A stretch of 64,000 nucleotides of DNA from Pseudomonadota bacterium (lineage in GTDB: Bacteria; Bdellovibrionota_C; UBA2361; OMII01): NCBI GenBank assembly GCA_038134595.1, contig JAYPVM010000002.1, positions 32,001-96,000 on the forward strand. The letters run 5' to 3'. This document shows, in pieces, positions 60,970-64,000 of the stretch. The translations under genes and the position numbers were made by a program. Under the pieces are notes generated by a model, which saw nothing but the letters and a program-made list of their open reading frames with translations, was not told where the DNA came from and did no database searches. Position 1 is the stretch's first letter, and each line of letters opens with the position of its first letter.

Positions 60970-62316
60970 ATGCTTAGGACAAAATCGCGCTGTTTTCTCA
61001 ATGTGCTTCTGGCAACATTAGCACTATGTAGTTTTAGTGGAGAGGTTTTCTCTGAACCGACAACGCTTTATAGAGAGACCTATAATTTTTGCACAGGGAC
61101 GCTCGGTAAAGATGCGGCGAGTGAAGCGAATTGGGTGGGCGTAGTAAGCGGACTTGCTCCAGAAAGAATCAGTAATCTCAAAGTTGTTCCGTACGGAGTT
61201 CAAGATGTCGGAAATTCTGTAAATAGCCTGCCGATAGGATTATCTCAGGGGTACACATTCTGGTTTAAGCCGGTTGAGGGTCTAGCAGTTTTCACTGGGG
61301 AGTTTCAATTTGATGTGGGTGTGCTCCGTGCTGGAGATACTGTTGTTAGATATCTACAGAGACTCAGTGGAGTGAATGCGCAGGGTGCACCGAATCAGAC
61401 GCATCTGGCATTTCTCGTTGATGATACATGGTACATCTCCAGTGAATTTGCGCAACAGGCACAACCCGGCTTATGGGAGGGCGTTACATTTACTCCGGGG
61501 CAGTTAACATATGGCATGGTGCCGTATGTCGCTGACCGTGGGCCGACTATGCCTACAAGCTTTACATCGCCATTGCCGGCTAGTGGGACAGTGCGGGCGT
61601 TTGGAATGTTTTTGCCGAGCGTAAACGGCAGAGTACGATTTGATAATTTTATAATAGAGGGAACCCCTCCAAGTGATGGATCAATTGGAACGGAGATTCA
61701 AGAGCCTAATGTGGCACTGTGTCCCGAAGGCAGTCCGGATAGAGAAGGGGGCTCAGATCCGGAGCCTCCAGGAGATGATGATGGCGATGATACGTCCGAT
61801 CAGGGAGAAACTGATGGTAATGATGGCCATGGTGATGAGACCGGGTTTTCGTTTGAGTTTTGTCCGATAGCGCAGCAAGGTAGAGGACGATTCGTTGCTT
61901 TAGGTCGAGCGCAAAGGAGCCGATTGCTTCGTAGTATTGGGGATGCGTCGCTCGCAGATCTTCGCGACAGAGCAATAATTCGTTTGTACTCACGAAGGCG
62001 GATGCGGATGGGTTCGTTAGTGAACATCAAGGTTGGAGACTATGACGCCGAGTCGAAGGTTTTAACGCTTGGGATTAAGCCAAATGCTAAGCCGCAACAG
62101 CTACGCTTAGGGCGGCTTATAGCAAAGGCACTCGATGAGTATCTATCCTTTCCAGGGGCTCCGAGTGAAAAACAGGCGCCGTTGTTTATAAAAGAGGGGA
62201 TACAGACGGCACACACAGTTTCCGTTGAAGCTCTCTGCAAGCGAGATATTCGGAAAATGTTACGGCAGCGGGCAGAACGTGTCCAAATGCGAATTGGTGA
62301 CATAGCGATTCGCTAA
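60970..62316 (+). CDS. Exported protein: beta-rich N-domain, acidic linker, and truncated tyrosine-recombinase-like C-domain
   Basis: GAGGG SD, Sec-type signal peptide; C-terminal 'RLLRSI...LRDRAII...RMGSLVNIKVGDY...ALDEYL...APLF...IRKMLRQRA' with no HxxR or Tyr box. Confidence 0.7.
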   Translation: MLRTKSRCFLNVLLATLALCSFSGEVFSEPTTLYRETYNFCTGTLGKDAASEANWVGVVSGLAPERISNLKVVPYGVQDVGNSVNSLPIGLSQGYTFWFKPVEGLAVFTGEFQFDVGVLRAGDTVVRYLQRLSGVNAQGAPNQTHLAFLVDDTWYISSEFAQQAQPGLWEGVTFTPGQLTYGMVPYVADRGPTMPTSFTSPLPASGTVRAFGMFLPSVNGRVRFDNFIIEGTPPSDGSIGTEIQEPNVALCPEGSPDREGGSDPEPPGDDDGDDTSDQGETDGNDGHGDETGFSFEFCPIAQQGRGRFVALGRAQRSRLLRSIGDASLADLRDRAIIRLYSRRRMRMGSLVNIKVGDYDAESKVLTLGIKPNAKPQQLRLGRLIAKALDEYLSFPGAPSEKQAPLFIKEGIQTAHTVSVEALCKRDIRKMLRQRAERVQMRIGDIAIR

Positions 62317-62364
62317 AACCGGCTTTGTTCTGCGAGTTTTACACTCGTCCATTTTTACAGTCGT

Positions 62365-62402
62365 AGAGACCGTCTCTGGTAATCTCAGGGCGGTCTCTTT
62401 TT
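62365..62402 (+). terminator. Rho-independent terminator after the 60970 gene
   Basis: AGAGACCGTC...GGCGGTCTCT stem (one G-U pair) followed by TTTT. Confidence 0.8.
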
Positions 62403-62412
62403 GTTTATTCAA

Positions 62413-62546
62413 CTAGGTTTAGAATCGTCCTTTCGTTAGAGCGTTGAAACCGATAGGCTAATTTTGTGTATGTCCAATCGTGACTATTGATTGTGCTCGT
62501 TTCTGCCACCGGAGACGAGACCTAGAGAGATAAGTCCTCTAGGGGG
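62413..62546 (+). promoter_or_regulatory. Candidate riboswitch-like leader (yybP-ykoY-like features) of the P1B ATPase
   Basis: CTAGG(62413)/CCTAG(62521) and CGTC/GACG closing stems with 3' GACGAGACCT; alternative hairpin CCTAGAG/CTCTAGG overlaps the AGGGGG SD. Confidence 0.35.
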
Positions 62547-62582
62547 ATATGAGCATTATTTTATGAGTAACGTTTTTCAGAT

Positions 62583-64000
62583 ATGAAGTATGCAAACGTC
62601 ATAGTTGCAGGTGGTGCCGCGCTTGGCATCGTTTGTTATGCGATCTTGTTACTTATGGGCCCTCATGCGCAAGAGTGGCTGAATTATCCGGTAGTTTTAG
62701 TGGTGCTTGCTGGAGGCGGATATCTTGTCTTCGGTCTCGTCCGAGGAGTCTTTCGGGGAGAATTCGGATCAGACCTTTTGGCGGGGCTATCTATCGTCAC
62801 ATCGGTATTGTTGGGAGAGTATCTTGCCGGTGCAATCGTTGTCCTCATGTTATCCGGTGGAGAAGCCCTCGAAGATTATGCGATGCGGCGTGCCTCCTCG
62901 GTGCTTGATGCCTTAGCCAAGCGAATGCCTCTGATTGCTCACAAGAGGCAGGGATTAAATACGATTGATATTCCTGTTATTGACGTGCAAGCCGGAGATG
63001 AAGTTGTGGTATTACCTCATGAGTACTCTCCTGTTGATGGAGTTGTGCTCGAGGGACACGGTTCAATGGACGAGTCTTACTTGACCGGTGAGCCGTACCG
63101 AATTTCGAAGACGCCAGGATGTGAGGTTATCTCCGGTGCGATTAATGGAGATAATCCCCTTGTGATTCGTGCCTTGCGACCGGCGAACGATTCACGCTAT
63201 CACAAAATTATGAAAGTTATGGACGTATCAAGACAGAGGCGTCCATACATGCGGCGGATGGCAGATTCATTGGGTTTACTATACACCCCCATTGCCGTGT
63301 TGTTTGCGGTTACGGCGTATCTACTTTCGGGTGATCCGGTGCGATTTTTAGCGGTTTTAGTCGTCGCCACACCCTGTCCGCTTATTATCGCAATCCCTGT
63401 TGCCATTATCGGCGCTATTTCCTGGTGTGCGAAGAGAGGGATTATCATTAAAGATCCCGTGTCGCTTGAGCGAGCGCACATCTGCAATACGCTCATAACA
63501 GATAAAACCGGTACTCTGACTGTGGGCGAACCCACGTTGGTGTCTGTTGTGACCCAAGGAGTATCGGAGGCAGAGGCCTTACAGTTTGCTGCAAGCCTTG
63601 AGAGGTATTCCAAACATCCATTGGCTCAACCGGTGCTCGAGTATGCAAGAGAGCGAGGAATCGTATTGTCTGAAGTGGAAGGATTTAGCGAGGTTCCTGG
63701 TTTTGGAGTGAGGGGAGTCGTGCGGGGTTCTCAAGTGGCTATAACAGGAAGGCGGGGCATTGTAGACACTGCCCTCGAGCACTTCGGGAGCTCTCGTGCG
63801 GGGTTAGAATGCGTCGTTCAGCAAGATGGTATTCCAGTAGCATTGTTTCGATTTCTAGATGAGGAGCGGGAGGAGAGTCATAGTTTCGTTTCTCACCTTG
63901 GCCCGAAGCATAATTTTCACGATGTGATTCTTCTCTCTGGTGACCGAGATGTAGAGGTGCGATACCTCGCAGATAAGATGGGTATAGTCGAGGTTTATAG
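62583..64000 (+). CDS. Heavy-metal translocating P1B-type ATPase, TPCP (P1B-5-like) subgroup; runs off the window (partial)
   Basis: Not in the ORF track because it has no stop in the window. Reads MKYANV..., 'MLSGGEALE', 'DESYLTGEP', 'VVATPCPL', 'DKTGTLT', 'SKHPLA', 'LSGD'. Confidence 0.93.
   Translation, partial: MKYANVIVAGGAALGIVCYAILLLMGPHAQEWLNYPVVLVVLAGGGYLVFGLVRGVFRGEFGSDLLAGLSIVTSVLLGEYLAGAIVVLMLSGGEALEDYAMRRASSVLDALAKRMPLIAHKRQGLNTIDIPVIDVQAGDEVVVLPHEYSPVDGVVLEGHGSMDESYLTGEPYRISKTPGCEVISGAINGDNPLVIRALRPANDSRYHKIMKVMDVSRQRRPYMRRMADSLGLLYTPIAVLFAVTAYLLSGDPVRFLAVLVVATPCPLIIAIPVAIIGAISWCAKRGIIIKDPVSLERAHICNTLITDKTGTLTVGEPTLVSVVTQGVSEAEALQFAASLERYSKHPLAQPVLEYARERGIVLSEVEGFSEVPGFGVRGVVRGSQVAITGRRGIVDTALEHFGSSRAGLECVVQQDGIPVALFRFLDEEREESHSFVSHLGPKHNFHDVILLSGDRDVEVRYLADKMGIVEVY

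Noticed and set aside
61891..62316. Active integrase, prophage or genomic-island boundary
   Set aside because: The HxxR box and catalytic Tyr are absent, there is no N-terminal core-binding domain, and no att/tRNA site or phage genes are nearby.
62633..63782. Short ORFs suggesting a fragmented ATPase pseudogene
   Set aside because: The frame starting at 62583 is open to the window end; the listed ORFs are off-frame or antisense shadows.
1..64000. Numerous 60-190-aa ORFs antisense to or overlapping the assigned genes; tRNA, rRNA, tmRNA, oriC
   Set aside because: The shadow ORFs lack SDs and motifs. No cloverleaf/T-loop context, rRNA signature or DnaA-box cluster was seen by eye.

Overview
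A 64-kb stretch of bacterial chromosome made up mostly of housekeeping genes, with roughly mid-40s % GC by eye. Gene content and style suggest a diderm of the Bdellovibrionota/'deltaproteobacterial' type, but this is tentative. Recognisable genes include motAB (no other flagellar genes in the window), gpmI, minCDE, pgpA, pyrF, an RNase II/R-family gene, an ECF sigma/anti-sigma cluster, polA, rplU-rpmA-obgE, ald, folD-gcvTHP, recO, grpE-dnaK-dnaJ, lon, ssb, fabH and tlyA. I could not support any tRNA, rRNA, CRISPR array or intact mobile element. The most unusual region is the last ~6.6 kb. (i) A palindromic RegA/RegR-type box precedes a CxxC- and His/Met-rich outer-membrane barrel gene, followed by regB-regA. 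(ii) A signal-peptide-bearing protein ends in a truncated tyrosine-recombinase (Xer/Int) domain lacking most catalytic residues. (iii) A P1B-5-type (TPCP) metal ATPase has a leader with riboswitch-like, mutually exclusive pairings and two ATGA-coupled mini-ORFs. Other oddities are an A-A-B-B internally duplicated 740-aa orphan protein, two sigma54-type promoters in front of unknown genes, a candidate small ORF before motA, and a degenerate RsbW-like ATPase-fold protein. All assignments come from reading motifs by eye; no database searches were run.
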